From assembly GCA_964016885.1 (NCBI GenBank), contig OZ024742.1:127968001-128032000 (forward strand): a stretch of 64,000 bases of DNA, in the 5' to 3' direction. Positions 27,501 to 40,568 of the stretch are shown one piece after another (position 1 is the first letter of the stretch; every line of letters starts with the position of its first letter). The notes below the pieces were generated by a model. It saw only the letters and a program-made list of their open reading frames with translations. It made no database searches and was not told the DNA's origin. Made by a program: the position numbers and the translations under genes. This stretch comes from Eledone cirrhosa (lineage: Eukaryota).

Positions 27501-30500
27501 GTGTCGAGCTGTCAAACCCTTGCTAGCAGGGAAAACATGACTTGGTCTGTGTCTAGCTGTCAAGCCCTTGCTTGCAGGGAAAACATAACCTGGTCTGTGT
27601 CTAGCTGTCAAACCCTTGCTAGCAGGGAAAACATGACTTGGTCTGTGACTAGCTGTCAAACCCTTGCTAGCTGGGAAAACATGACTTGGTCTGCGTCTAG
27701 CTGTCAAACCCTTGTTAGGAGGGAAAACATGACTTGGTCTGTGACTAGCTGTCAAACCCTTGTTAGCAGAGAAAACATGACTTGGTCTGTGTTTACCTGT
27801 CAAACCCTTGTTAGGAGGGAAAACATGACTTGGTCTGTGACTAGCTGTCAAACCCTTGCTAGCAGGGAAGTGTCTAGCTGTCAAACCCTTGCTAGCAGGG
27901 AAAACATGACTTGGTCTGTGTCTAGCTGTCAAAGCCTTACTAGGAGGGAAAACATGACTTGGTCTGTGTCTAGCTGTCAAAGCCTTACTAGCAGGGAAAA
28001 CATGACTTGTTAGCAAACCCTTGTTAGCAGGGAAAACATGATTAGTTGTCAAACCCTTGTTAGGAGGGAAAACATGACCTGGTCTGTGCTTAGCTGCCAA
28101 ACCTTTGCTAGCTGGGAAAACATGACTTGGTCTGTGACTAGCTGTCAAACCCTTGTTAGCAGGGAAAACATAACTTGGTCTATGACTAGCTGTCAAACCC
28201 TTGCTAGGAGGGAAAACATGACCTGGTCTGTGTTTAGCTGTCAAACCCTTGCTAGCTGGGAAAACATGACTTGGTCTGTGACTAGCTGTCAAACCCTTGT
28301 TAGCAGGGAAAACATGACCGGGTCTGTGTTTAGCTGTCAAACGCTTGCTAGCAGGGAAAACATGACCTGGTCTGTGTTTAGCTGTCAAACCCATGTTAGC
28401 AGGGAAAACATGACTTGGTCTGTGACTAGCTGTCAAACCCTTGCTAGCAGGGAAAACATGACTTGTTCTGTGTCTAGCTGTCAAACCCATGTGAGCAGGG
28501 AAAACATGACTTGGTCTGTGTCTAGCTGTCAAACCCTTGTAAGCAGGAAAAACATGACTTGTTCTGTGTCTAGCTGTCAAACCCATGTGAGCAGGGAAAA
28601 CATGACTTGGTCTGTGTCTAGCTGTCAAACCCATGTGAGCAGGGAAAACATGACTTGGTCTGTGTCTAGCTGTCAAACCCTTGTAAGCAGGAAAAACATG
28701 ACTTGATCTGTGACTAGCTGTCAAACTCTTGCAAGCTGGGAAAACATGACTTGGGCTGTGTCTAGCTGTCAAACCCTTGTTGGCAGGGAAAACATGACTT
28801 GGTCTGTGACTAGCTGTCAAACCCTTGTTGGCAGGGAAAACATGACTTGGTCTGTGACTAGCTGTCAAACCCTTGCTAGCTGGGAAAACATGACTTGATC
28901 TGTGACTAACTGTTAAACCCTTGTTAGCAGGGAGAACATGACTTGGTCTGTGTCGAGCTGTCAAACCCTTGCTAGCAGGGAAAACATGACTTGGTCTCTG
29001 ACTAGCTGTCAAACAATTGCTAGCAGGGAAAACATGACTTGGTCTGTGTTTAGCTGTCAAACCCTTGCTAGCAGGGAAAACATGACCTGGTCTGTGTCTA
29101 GCTGTCAGGCCCTTGCTAGCAGGGAAAACATGACTTGGTCTGTGACTAGCTTTCAAACCCTTGCTAGCTGGGAAAACATGACTTGGTCTGTGTCTAGCTG
29201 TCAAACCCTCGTTAGCAGAGAAAACATGACCTGGTCTGTGTTTAGCTGTCAAACCCTTGTTAGCAGGGAAAACATGACTTGGTCTGTGACTAGCTGTCAA
29301 ACCCTCGTTAGCAGAGAAAACATGACTTGGTCTGTGTCTAGCTGTCAAACCCTTGTTAGCAGGGAAAACATGACTTGGTCTGTGACTAGCTGTCAAACCC
29401 TTGCTAGCTGGAAAAACATGACTTGGTCTGTGATTAGCTGTCAAACCCTTGTTAGGAGGGAAAACATGACTTGGTCTGTGTTTAGCTGTCAAACCCTTAC
29501 TAACAGGGAAAACATGACTTGGTTTGTGTCTAGCTGTCAAACCCTTGCTAGCCGGGGAGACATGACTTGGTTTGTGTCTAGCTGTCAAACCCTTGCTAGC
29601 TGGGAAAACATGACTTGGTCTGTGATTAGCTGTCAAAGCCTTGTTAGCAGGGAAAACATGACTTGGTCTGTGTCTAACTGTCAAAGCCTTACTAGGAGGG
29701 AAAACATGACCTGGTCTGTGTCTAGCTGTCAAACCCTTGCTAGCTGGGAAAACATGACCTGGTGTGTGTCTAGCTGTCAAACCCTTGCTAGCAGGGAAAA
29801 CATGACTTGGTCTGTGTTTAGCTGTCAAACCCTTACTAACAGGGAAAACATGACTTGGTTTGTGTCTAGCTGTCAAACCCTTGCTAGCTGGGAAAACATG
29901 ACTTGGTCTGTGATTAGCTGTCAAAGCCTTGTTAGCAGGGAAAACATGACTTGGTCTGTGTCTAACTGTCAAAGCCTTACCAGGAGGGAAAACATGACCT
30001 GGTCTGTGTCTAGCTGTCAAACCCTTGCTAGCTGGCAAAACATGACCTGGTATGTGTCTAGCTGTCAAACCCTTGCTAGCAGGGAAAACATGACTTGGTC
30101 TGTGTCTAGCTGTCAAAGCCTTACTAGGAGGGAAAACATGACTTGGTCTGTGTCTAGCTGTCAAAGCCTTACTAGCAGGGAAAACATGACTTGTTAGCAA
30201 ACCCTTGTTAGCAGGGAAAACATGATTAGTTGTCAAACCCTTGTTAGGAGGGAAAACATGACCTGGTCTGTGCTTAGCTGCCAAACCTTTGCTAGCTGGG
30301 AAAACATGACTTGGTCTGTGACTAGCTGTCAAACCCTTGTTAGCAGGGAAAACATAACTTGGTCTATGACTAGCTGTCAAACCCTTGCTAGGAGGGAAAA
30401 CATGACCTGGTCTGTGTTTAGCTGTCAAACCCTTGCTAGCTGGGAAAACATGACTTGGTCTGTGACTAGCTGTCAAACCCTTGTTAGCAGGGAAAACATG

Positions 30501-33500
30501 ACCTGGTCTGTGTTTAGCTGTCAAACGCTTGCTAGCAGGGAAAACATGACCTGGTCTGTGTTTAGCTGTCAAACCCATGTTAGCAGGGAAAACATGACTT
30601 GGTCTGTGACTAGCTGTCAAACCCTTGCTAGCAGGGAAAACATGACTTGTTCTGTGTCTAGCTGTCAAACCCATGTGAGCAGGCAAAACATGACTTGGTC
30701 TGTGTCTAGCTGTCAAACCCTTGTAAGCAGGAAAAACATGACTTGTTCTGTGTCTAGCTGTCAAACCCATGTGAGCAGGGAAAACATGACTTGGTCTGTG
30801 TCTAGCTGTCAAACCCTTGACAGCAGGAAAAACATGACTTGGTCTGTGTCTAGCTGTCAAACCCTTGTAAGCAGGAAAAACATGACTTGATCTGTGACTA
30901 GCTGTCAAACTCTTGCAAGCTGGGAAAACATGACTTGGGCTGTGTCTAGCTGTCAAACCCTTGTTGGCAGGGAAAACATGACTTGGTCTGTGACTAGCTG
31001 TCAAACCCTTGTTGGCAGGGAAAACATGACTTGGTCTGTGACTAGCTGTCAAACCCTTGCTAGCTGGGAAAACATGACTTGATCTGTGACTAACTGTTAA
31101 ACCCTTGTTAGCAGGGAGAACATGACTTGGTCTGTGTCGAGCTGTCAAACCCTTGCTAGCAGGGAAAACATGACTTGGTCTCTGACTAGCTGTCAAACAC
31201 TTGCTAGCAGGGAAAACATGACTTGGTCTGTGTTTAGCTGTCAAACCCTTGCTAGCAGGGAAAACATGACCTGGTCTGTGACTAGCTTTCAAACCCTTGC
31301 TAGCTGGGAAAACATGACTTGGTCTGTGTCTAGCTGTCAAACCCTCGTTAGCAGAGAAAACATGACCTGGTCTGTGTTTAGCTGTCAAACCCTTGTTAGC
31401 AGGGAAAACATGACTTGGTCTGTGACTAGCTGTCAAACCCTCGTTAGCAGAGAAAACATGACTTGGTCTGTGTCTAGCTGTCAAACCCTTGTTAGCAGGG
31501 AAAACATGACTTGGTCTGTGACTAGCTGTCAAACCCTTGCTAGCTGGAAAAACATGACTTGGTCTGTGATTAGCTGTCAAACCCTTGTTAGGAGGGAAAA
31601 CATGACTTGGTCTGTGTTTAGCTGTCAAACCCTTACTAACAGGGAAAACATGACTTGGTTTGTGTCTAGCTGTCAAACCCTTGCTAGCCGGGGAGACATG
31701 ACTTGGTTTGTGTCTAGCTGTCAAACCCTTGCTAGCTGGGAAAACATGACTTGGTCTGTGATTAGCTGTCAAAGCCTTGTTAGCAGGGAAAACATGACTT
31801 GGTCTGTGTCTAACTGTCAAAGCCTTACTAGGAGGGAAAACATGACCTGGTCTGTGTCTAGTTGTCAAACCCTTGCTAGCTGGGAACACATGACCTGGTG
31901 TGTGTCTAGCTGTCAAACCCTTGCTAGCAGGGAAAACATGACTTGGTCTGTGTTTAGCTGTCAAACCCTTACTAACAGGGAAAACATGACTTGGTTTGTG
32001 TCTAGCTGTCAAACCCTTGCCAGCTGGGAAAACATGACTTGGTCTGTGATTAGCTGTCAAAGCCTTGTTAGCAGGGAAAACATGACTTGGTCTGTGTCTA
32101 ACTGTCAAAGCCTTACCAGGAGGGAAAACATGACCTGGTCTGTGTCTAGCTGTCAAACCCTTGCTAGCTGGCAAAACATGACCTGGTATGTGTCTAGCTG
32201 TCAAACCCTTGCTAGCAGGGAAAACATGACTTGGTCTGTGTCTAGCTGTCAAAGCCTTACTAGGAGGGAAAACATGACTTGGTCTGTGTCTAGCTGTCAA
32301 AGCCTTACTAGCAGGGAAAACATGACTTGTTAGCAAACCCTTGTTAGCAGGGAAAACATGATTAGTTGTCAAACCCTTGTTAGGAGGGAAAACATGACCT
32401 GGTCTGTGCTTAGCTGCCAAACCTTTGCTAGCTGGGAAAACATGACTTGGTCTGTGACTAGCTGTCAAACCCTTGTTAGCAGGGAAAACATAACTTGGTC
32501 TATGACTAGCTGTCAAACCCTTGCTAGGAGGGAAAACATGACCTGGTCTGTGTTTAGCTGTCAAACCCTTGCTAGCTGGGAAAACATGACTTGGTCTGTG
32601 ACTAGCTGTCAAACCCTTGTTAGCAGGGAAAACATGACCTGGTCTGTGTTTAGCTGTCAAACGCTTGCTAGCAGGGAAAACATGACCTGGTCTGTGTTTA
32701 GCTGTCAAACCCATGTTAGCAGGGAAAACATGACTTGGTCTGTGACTAGCTGTCAAACCCTTGCTAGCAGGGAAAACATGACTTGTTCTGTGTCTAGCTG
32801 TCAAACCCATGTGAGCAGGGAAAACATGACTTGGTCTGTGTCTAGCTGTCAAACACTTGTAAGCAGGAAAAACATGACTTGTTCTGTGTCTAGCTGTCAA
32901 ACCCATGTGAGCAGGGAAAACATGACTTGGTCTGTGTCTAGCTGTCAAACCCTTGACAGCAGGAAAAACATTACTTGGTCTGTGTCTAGCTGTCAAACCC
33001 TTGTAAGCAGGAAAAACATGACTTGATCTGTGACTAGCTGTCAAACTCTTGCAAGCTGGGAAAACATGACTTGGGCTGTGTCTAGCTGTCAAACCCTTGT
33101 TGGCAGGGAAAACATGACTTGGTCTGTGACTAGCTGTCAAACCCTTGTTGGCAGGGAAAACATGACTTGGTCTGTGACTAGCTGTCAAACCCTTGCTAGC
33201 TGGGAAAACATGACTTGATCTGTGACTAACTGTTAAACCCTTGTTAGCAGGGAGAACATGACTTGGTCTGTGTCGAGCTGTCAAACCCTTGCTAGCAGGG
33301 AAAACATGACTTGGTCTCTGACTAGCTGTCAAACACTTGCTAGCAGGGAAAACATGACTTGGTCTGTGTTTAGCTGTCAAACCCTTGCTAGCAGGGAAAA
33401 CATGACCTGGTCTGTGACTAGCTTTCAAACCCTTGCTAGCTGGGAAAACATGACTTGGTCTGTGTCTAGCTGTCAAACCCTCGTTAGCAGAGAAAACATG

Positions 33501-36500
33501 ACCTGGTCTGTGTTTAGCTGTCAAACCCTTGTTAGCAGGGAAAACATGACCTGGTCTGTGACTAGCTGTCAAAGCCTTGTTAGCAGGGAAAACATGACTT
33601 GGTCTCTGACTAGCTGTCAAGCCCTTGCTCGCAGGGAAAACATGACCTGGTCTGTGTCTAGCTGTCAAACCCTTGCTAGCAGAGAAAACATGACTTGGTC
33701 TGTGTCTAGCTGTTAAACCCTTGCTAGCTGGGAAAACATGACTTGGTCTGTGACTAGCTGTCAAACCCTTGTTAGCAGGGAAAACATAACTTGGTCTATG
33801 ACTAGCTGTCAAACCCTTGCTAGGAGGGAAAACATGACCTGGTCTGTGTTTAGCTGTCAAACCCTTGCTAGCTGGGAAAACATGACTTGGTCTGTGACTA
33901 GCTGTCAAACCCTTGTTAGCAGGGAAAACATGACCTGGTCTGTGACTAGCTGTCAAACCCTTGCTAGCAGGGAAAACATGACTTGTTCTGTGTCTAGCTG
34001 TCAAACCCTCGTTAGCAGAGAAAACATGACCTGGTCTGTGTTTAGCTGTCAAACCCTTGTTAGCAGGGAAAACATGACTTGGTCTGTGACTAGCTGTCAA
34101 ACCCTCGTTAGCAGAGAAAACATGACTTGGTCTGTGTCTAGCTGTCAAACCCTTGTTAGCAGGAAAAACATGACTTGTTCTGTGTCTAGCTGTCAAACCC
34201 ATGTGAGCAGGGAAAACATGACTTGGTCTGTGTCTAGCTGTCAAACCCTTGTAAGCAGGAAAAACATGACTTGATCTGTGACTAGCTGTCAAACTCTTGC
34301 AAGCTGGGAAAACATGACTTGGGCTGTGTCTAGCTGTCAAACCCTTGTTGGCAGGGAAAACATGACCTGGTCTGTGTCTAGCTGTCAAACCCTTGCTAGC
34401 AGGGAAAACATGACCTGGTCTGTGTCTAGCTGTCAAACCCTTGCTAGCAGGGAAAACATGACTTGGTCTGTGACTAGCTGTCAAACCCTTGCTAGCTGGG
34501 AAATCATGACTTGGTCTGTGACTAGCTGTCAAACCCTTGCTAGCACGGAAAACATAACTTGATCTGTGACTAGCTGTCAAACCCTTGTTAGCAGGGAAAA
34601 CATGACTTGGCCTGTGACTAGCTGTCAAACCCTTGCTAGCAGGGAAAACATGACCTGGTCTGTGTCTAGCTGTCAAAGCGTTGTTAGCAGGGGAAACATG
34701 ACCTGGTCTGTGTCTAGCTGTCAAACCCTTGTTAGCAGGGAAACCATGACCTGGTCTGTGTTTAACTGTCAAGCCCTTGCTAGCAGGGAAAACATGACTT
34801 GGTCTGTGTCTAACTGTCAAAGCCTTACTAGGAGGGAAAACATGACCTGGTCTGTGTTTAGCTGTCAAACCCTTGCTAGCTGGGAAAACATGACTTGGTC
34901 TGTGACTAGCTGTCAAACCCTTGTTAGCAGGGAAAACATGACTAGCTGTCAAACCCTTGCTAGCTGGGAAAACATGACTTGGTCTGTGACTAACTGTTAA
35001 ACCCTTGTTAGCAGGGAGAACATGACTTGGTCTGTGTCGAGCTGTCAAACCCTTGCTAGCAGGGAAAACATGACTTGGTCTGTGTCTAGCTGTCAAGCCC
35101 TTGCTTGCAGGGAAAACATAACCTGGTCTGTGTCTAGCTGTCAAACCCTTGCTAGCAGGGAAAACATGACTTGGTCTGTGACTAGCTGTCAAACCCTTGC
35201 TAGCTGGGAAAACATGACTTGGTCTGCGTCTAGCTGTCAAACCCTTGTTAGGAGGGAAAACATGACTTGGTCTGTGACTAGCTGTCAAACCCTTGTTAGC
35301 AGAGAAAACATGACTTGGTCTGTGTTTACCTGTCAAACCCTTGTTAGGAGGGAAAACATGACTTGGTCTGTGACTAGCTGTCAAACCCTTGCTAGCAGGG
35401 AAGTGTCTAGCTGTCAAACCCTTGCTAGCAGGGAAAACATGACTTGGTCTGTGTCCAGCTGTCAAATCCTCGTTAGCAGAGAAAACATGACTTGGTCTGT
35501 GTCTAACTGTCAAACCCTTGTAAGCAGGAAAAACATGACTTGATCTGTGACTAGCTGTCAAACTCTTGCAAGCTGGGAAAACATGACTTGGGCTGTGTCT
35601 AGCTGTCAAACCCTTGTTGGCAGGGAAAACATGACCTGGTCTGTGTCTAGCTGTCAAACCCTTGCTAGCAGGGAAAACATGACCTGGTCTGTGTCTAGCT
35701 GTCAAACCCTTGCTAGCAGGGAAAACATGACTTGGTCTGTGACTAGCTGTCAAACCCTTGCTAGCTGGGAAATCATGACTTGGTCTGTGACTAGCTGTCA
35801 AACCCTTGCTAGCAGGGAAAACATAACTTGATCTGTGACTAGCTGTCAAACCCTTGTTAGCAGGGAAAACATGACTTGGCCTGTGACTAGCTGTCAAACC
35901 CTTGCTAGCAGGGAAAACATGGCCTGGTCTGTGTCTAGCTGTCAAAGCGTTGTTAGCAGGGGAAACATGACCTGGTCTGTGTCTAGCTGTCAAACCCTTG
36001 TTAGCAGGGAAACCATGACCTGGTCTGTGTTTAGCTGTCAAGCCCTTGCTAGCAGGGAAAACATGACTTGGTCTGTGTCTAACTGTCAAAGCCTTACTAG
36101 GAGGGAAAACATGACTTGGTCTGTGTTTAGCTGTCAAACCCTTGCTAGCTGGGAAAACATGACTTGGTCTGTGACTAGCTGTCAAACCCTTGTTAGCAGG
36201 GAAAACATGACTAGCTGTCAAACCCTTGCTAGCTGGGAAAACATGACTTGGTCTGTGACTAACTGTTAAACCCTTGTTAGCAGGGAGAACATGACTTGGT
36301 CTGTGTCGAGCTGTCAAACCCTTGCTAGCAGGGAAAACATGACTTGGTCTGTGTCTAGCTGTCAAGCCCTTGCTCGCAGGGAAAACATAACCTGGTCTGT
36401 GTCTAGCTGTCAAACCCTTGCTAGCAGGGAAAACATGACTTGGTCTGTGACTAGCTGTCAAACCCTTGCTAGCTGGGAAAACATGACTTGGTCTGCGTCT

Positions 36501-36937
36501 AGCTGTCAAACCCTTGTTAGGAGGGAAAACATGACTTGGTCTGTGACTAGCTGTCAAACCCTTGTTAGCAGAGAAAACATGACTTGGTCTGTGTTTACCT
36601 GTCAAACCCTTGTTAGGAGGGAAAACATGACTTAGTCTGTGACTAGCTGTCAAACCCTTGCTAGCAGGGAAGTGTCTAGCTGTCAAACCCTTGCTAGCAG
36701 GGAAAACATGACTTGGTCTGTGTCCAGCTGTCAAACCCTCGTTAGCAGAGAAAACATGACTTGGTCTGTGTCTAACTGTCAAACCCTTGTTAGCAGGAAA
36801 AACATGACTTAGTCTGTGAAACCCTTGTTTGTAGGGAAAACATGACTTGGTCTGTGTCTAGCTGTTAAACCCTTGCTAGCTGGGAAAACATGACCTGATC
36901 TGTGTCTAGCTGTCAAACACTTGCCAGCTGGGAAAAC
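18551..36937. repeat. 48-bp minisatellite array, about 380 units, with higher-order repeats
   Basis: Consensus TGACTTGGTCTGTGTCTAGCTGTCAAACCCTTGCTAGCAGGGAAAACA. Variant units recur at offsets 2184, 2136, 7533 and 1269 bp, visible in ORF-track starts such as 20505/22689/24825/28038/30222/32358 and 35022/36291. Confidence 0.98.
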
Positions 36938-37254
36938 AGACATGGTGATGATGATAGATCCTCAGCACACGACTCTATTTGTCTTAGTTAACCCAGACAA
37001 AAAGTAACATCATTCTTATTTCACCACAAATAGTTAGTGTTACAAACTGAAAATAATGATATGTGGTTTTTATTTTAATAGTCTTGCTATTATTCATTGT
37101 TAAACTACAATAATCTCTAATTTATTTTTATAAGAATATTTAGCCATGCTTTAAAACTGCTTTTTATGAACAAGTCAGCTTTATGATAAAGATCCTCCCC
37201 ACTTCACATAATACAGCAGAGAGGGCTCTTCAGTCAAATCAACGACTGACAACT

Positions 37255-37770
37255 TCCTTGGTGAAGGCGCCATGATAATACGCACCTAGTATATTCTGTA
37301 AAGTGGTTAGCATTTTGGAAGGACATCCAGCTGTAGAAACCATGTCAAAAGGGCTGAGCAACCTTTTCAGTCACATCATGGACATGGCAACATCTCTAGT
37401 GCTGGCACTATGAAAGAATGCACCCAGTGCATTCTGTAAAGTGGTTGGCATTATAGACGACATCCAGCTGTAGAAAACATGCTAAAGAAAGGGCTGAGTT
37501 GGCTCTTCAGTTGTCTTGAGGACACAACAACCTCCCCAGTGCTGGTGCCACGATAAAATACAGCTAGTACACACTGTAAAGAGGTTAGTGATAAGAAGGG
37601 CATCCAGCTGAAGAAACCATACCAAAACCTGAATGTATGTAAGCAAGATGTGAGCCCTAACCTGTCTGGGAGAACAGTAGCTCAGACTAAGTACTGACTT
37701 TATCTTTGATGACTCATCCAACTCATACCAGCATGGCAAAAGGGATGTCAAATGATGATAGTAATGATGT
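37255..37770 (+). mobile_element. SINE-like element with internal tandem modules and an RTE-type 3' tail
   Basis: Three modules CCATGATAAAA...GTAAAGTGGTTGGCATT...CATCCAGCTGTAGAAACCAT, ending CATACCAGCATGG...AAATGATGAT. Relatives at about 2825-3018 and 4225-4550 (+) and 46160-46460 and 50560-50875 (-). Confidence 0.65.
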
Positions 37771-37850
37771 TATGTAATTTTTCCCTACAAGATAACAAAA
37801 AATTAGCAGTCTGAGTTTAGATACTATATTATTGATGAAGATTTATGCTA

Positions 37851-40330
37851 TACTAGCAGTGGTACCCGGCGTTGCACGGGATAAGGTATTTTGGAACGCG
37901 GGCCGCCAACAGACCTAATCGTGGAAAAACTGCATGCCTGGACAATATGTAAAGAAAATAAACCGAATACTCTGATGGCTGGATAATCTTTAAGATTTTC
38001 CTCGATGAAGCAGGAAAAATGCAGGTTTTCACATAGGGGATCAAGAAAATGAATTTTTTCTTATGTGCATAATATGCCTTTAAATTTCGGGAAAATCGGC
38101 TAGACGTAACGCTTTCAAAAAGCCATAAGAAGCTGAAAAAATCAAGTTTTTCACCTAATGCGGGCCCTAGGCCATAAGAAAGTTGGATTTTCTTTGCTTA
38201 CAGTATGAAGAAGAGACTGACTAATACATAGTTACAATTTCAAGGAAATCGGTCAGATGTAACGCCTCAAAAAACCCCTAAAAATCTTTAAAAACGCAGT
38301 TTTTCACCTAATGCGGGCCCTAGGAGATAAAAAAAAGTTCAATTTTTTTATGTGCATAACACTCTCTGAAACATAAGTAATACACATGTAAAGTTTGAAA
38401 AAAATCGGTTGGGTATTTCTCGAGTTTTAGGGATTCAAACACACAGACATCCTCAGGGAAGTGACGTAATGCAGACAGCCAAACATACAGACATATATTA
38501 TAAGGGTGCGATGTTATATGTATGTATCTATCTAAAAAGAGAAAGACTAAGAATTATAGAGCGACATCGCTAAATCGCCTAATGCGGTCTCTAGGGCATT
38601 GAAAATTTGAATTTTTTTTTGCTCAGAACACTCCCTGAAATATAAGTATTACATGTGTAAAGTTTGAAAACAGTCGGTTTGGTGCTTCTCTACAATACTA
38701 AGCGGTAAAATAGTAGCTTTTGTTCTGGTAAAGGCACATAAGTAAACAAACTGAAGCTATTACAGTGATGTTTTTCTTTACCAGCTTTAATTTTTAGTGT
38801 TGTGTGAACTATATAACCTGCAAACCTGATTTTTGAATCGCAGCAGGGTCGACTTTATTTCACTCGCTCCACTAAAAGTTGGATTTTCTTTGCTCACGGT
38901 ATGAAGAAGAGACTGACTAATACATAGTTACCGGCTTTCATTTTTAGTGTTGTGTGAAATATATAACCACCTTAGCTAAGCTTAGTATTGCTGACGTAAT
39001 GCAGACAGTCAGACATACAGACAGATAATATAAGGGCGCGACGTTATATGTATGTATCTATCTAAAAAGAGAAAGACTAAGAATTATAGAGCGAGATCGC
39101 TAAATCGCCTAATGCGGTCCCTAGGGCATTGGAAATTTGAAATTTCTTTTGCTCAGAACACTCCCTGAAACATAAGTATTACATGTGTATAGTTTGAAAA
39201 CAGTCGGTTGGGTGGTTCTCGAGTTTTAGGGATTCGAACTCACACACACACAGACAGACATCCTCAGTTTTATATATATATACTAGCAGAATGGCCTGGC
39301 GTTGCTCGGGATTTGCTCTAGGGTTCTTATATATTTGGTATATATTGATCCTTATCGAGCCTCATGAAATAAATACGTTTGTTTATATTTTGTTATTGTG
39401 TATGCAAAAATATCTGTGCACGAATATATAATTATATATATATTAAAATAACAGATTAAAGTTTAAGCAAAGAATCGCTGCTTTCACCCTTAATGGGATC
39501 TTCTGAAACTAAAAAAATCAATCTGTGAAGTAAATTGCAGAAGTAAATATTTCGAAAAACGTTACACACTATATATATATACACACTATATATATACATA
39601 TATATACACACACACACATATAGCATCATAATGACGTAATGCAGACAGCCAGCCAGACATACAGACATATTATAAGGGCGCAACGTTATATCTATGTATC
39701 TATCTAAAAAGAAAGACTAAGAATTATAGAGAGAGATTGCTAAATCGCCTAATGCGGTCCCTAGGGCATTGAAAATTTGAAATATTTTTGCTCAAAACAC
39801 TCACACGACCATAAGTATTACATGTGTAAAGTTTGAAAAAAGTCGGTTGGGTGGTTCTCGAGTTTTAGGGAGTCAGACAGACAGACAGACATTCTCTGTT
39901 TTAGATATATAGATAGCAGAAAACCGATTGTTTTCAAACTTTAGACATGTAATACTTATGGTTCTGTGAGTGTTTTGAGCAAAAATTATTTCAAACTTTC
40001 AATGCCCTAGGGACTGCATTAGGCGATTTAGCGTTCTCTCTATATAATTCTTAGTCTTTCTTTTTAGATAGATACATAGATATAACGTTGCGTCCTTATA
40101 ATATCTGTCTGTATGTCTGGCTGTCTGCATTACGTCATCAGTGTGTGTGTGTATATATATATGTATCGTAATGCAGACAGCAAGACATAGCTTTCCTTCC
40201 CCTCTTCCAGCGTCTCTCTCTCTCTCTCTCCCGCTATCCCCCTCTTGTAGTATGTCTCTTTCTTTCACTCTCACTCTACACGTCAGACAGACAGACAGAG
40301 AAATTGCTGGTTATATATTATAAGGAGATT
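37851..40330. mobile_element. Cluster of non-autonomous Helitron-like (Lep1/HINE-type) repeats
   Basis: Two starts of the form TACTAGCAG...CCGGCGTTGC(A/T)CGGGA (37851, 39281). Ends have (ACAG)n followed by TTTTA(T/G)ATATATA. A module of about 220 bp is repeated at about 38460, 38990 and 39630, and inverted at 39922-40139. No coding capacity. Confidence 0.6.
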
Positions 40331-40568
40331 ATTGATGACATCATTATCAACCTTGATTTCTTTCTTCGCTCAATTTACAGAGGAAGCTAATATGTCCTTA
40401 CTACTTTTTGACTCTTGAAGGTGAAGTTTTTAAAATATTGAAAAACAAATTATTGTAAAGCATTTAGTCCAACACTGTAGACTGTTTTTGCCAACTGTGA
40501 TCTCTTAACAATATTATCATAAAAAAAAGAAACAATAACACAAATAAAAGCAAAATCTTTATACTAGC

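Noticed and set aside
18562-36635. Plus-strand MTWSVSSCQTLASREN repeat ORFs as genes
   Set aside because: They are a by-product of a unit length divisible by 3 and are repeatedly broken by TGA, TAA and TAG.
18551-36937. CRISPR array
   Set aside because: Units are contiguous 48-mers with no unique spacers, there are no cas genes, and the context is a eukaryotic intron.
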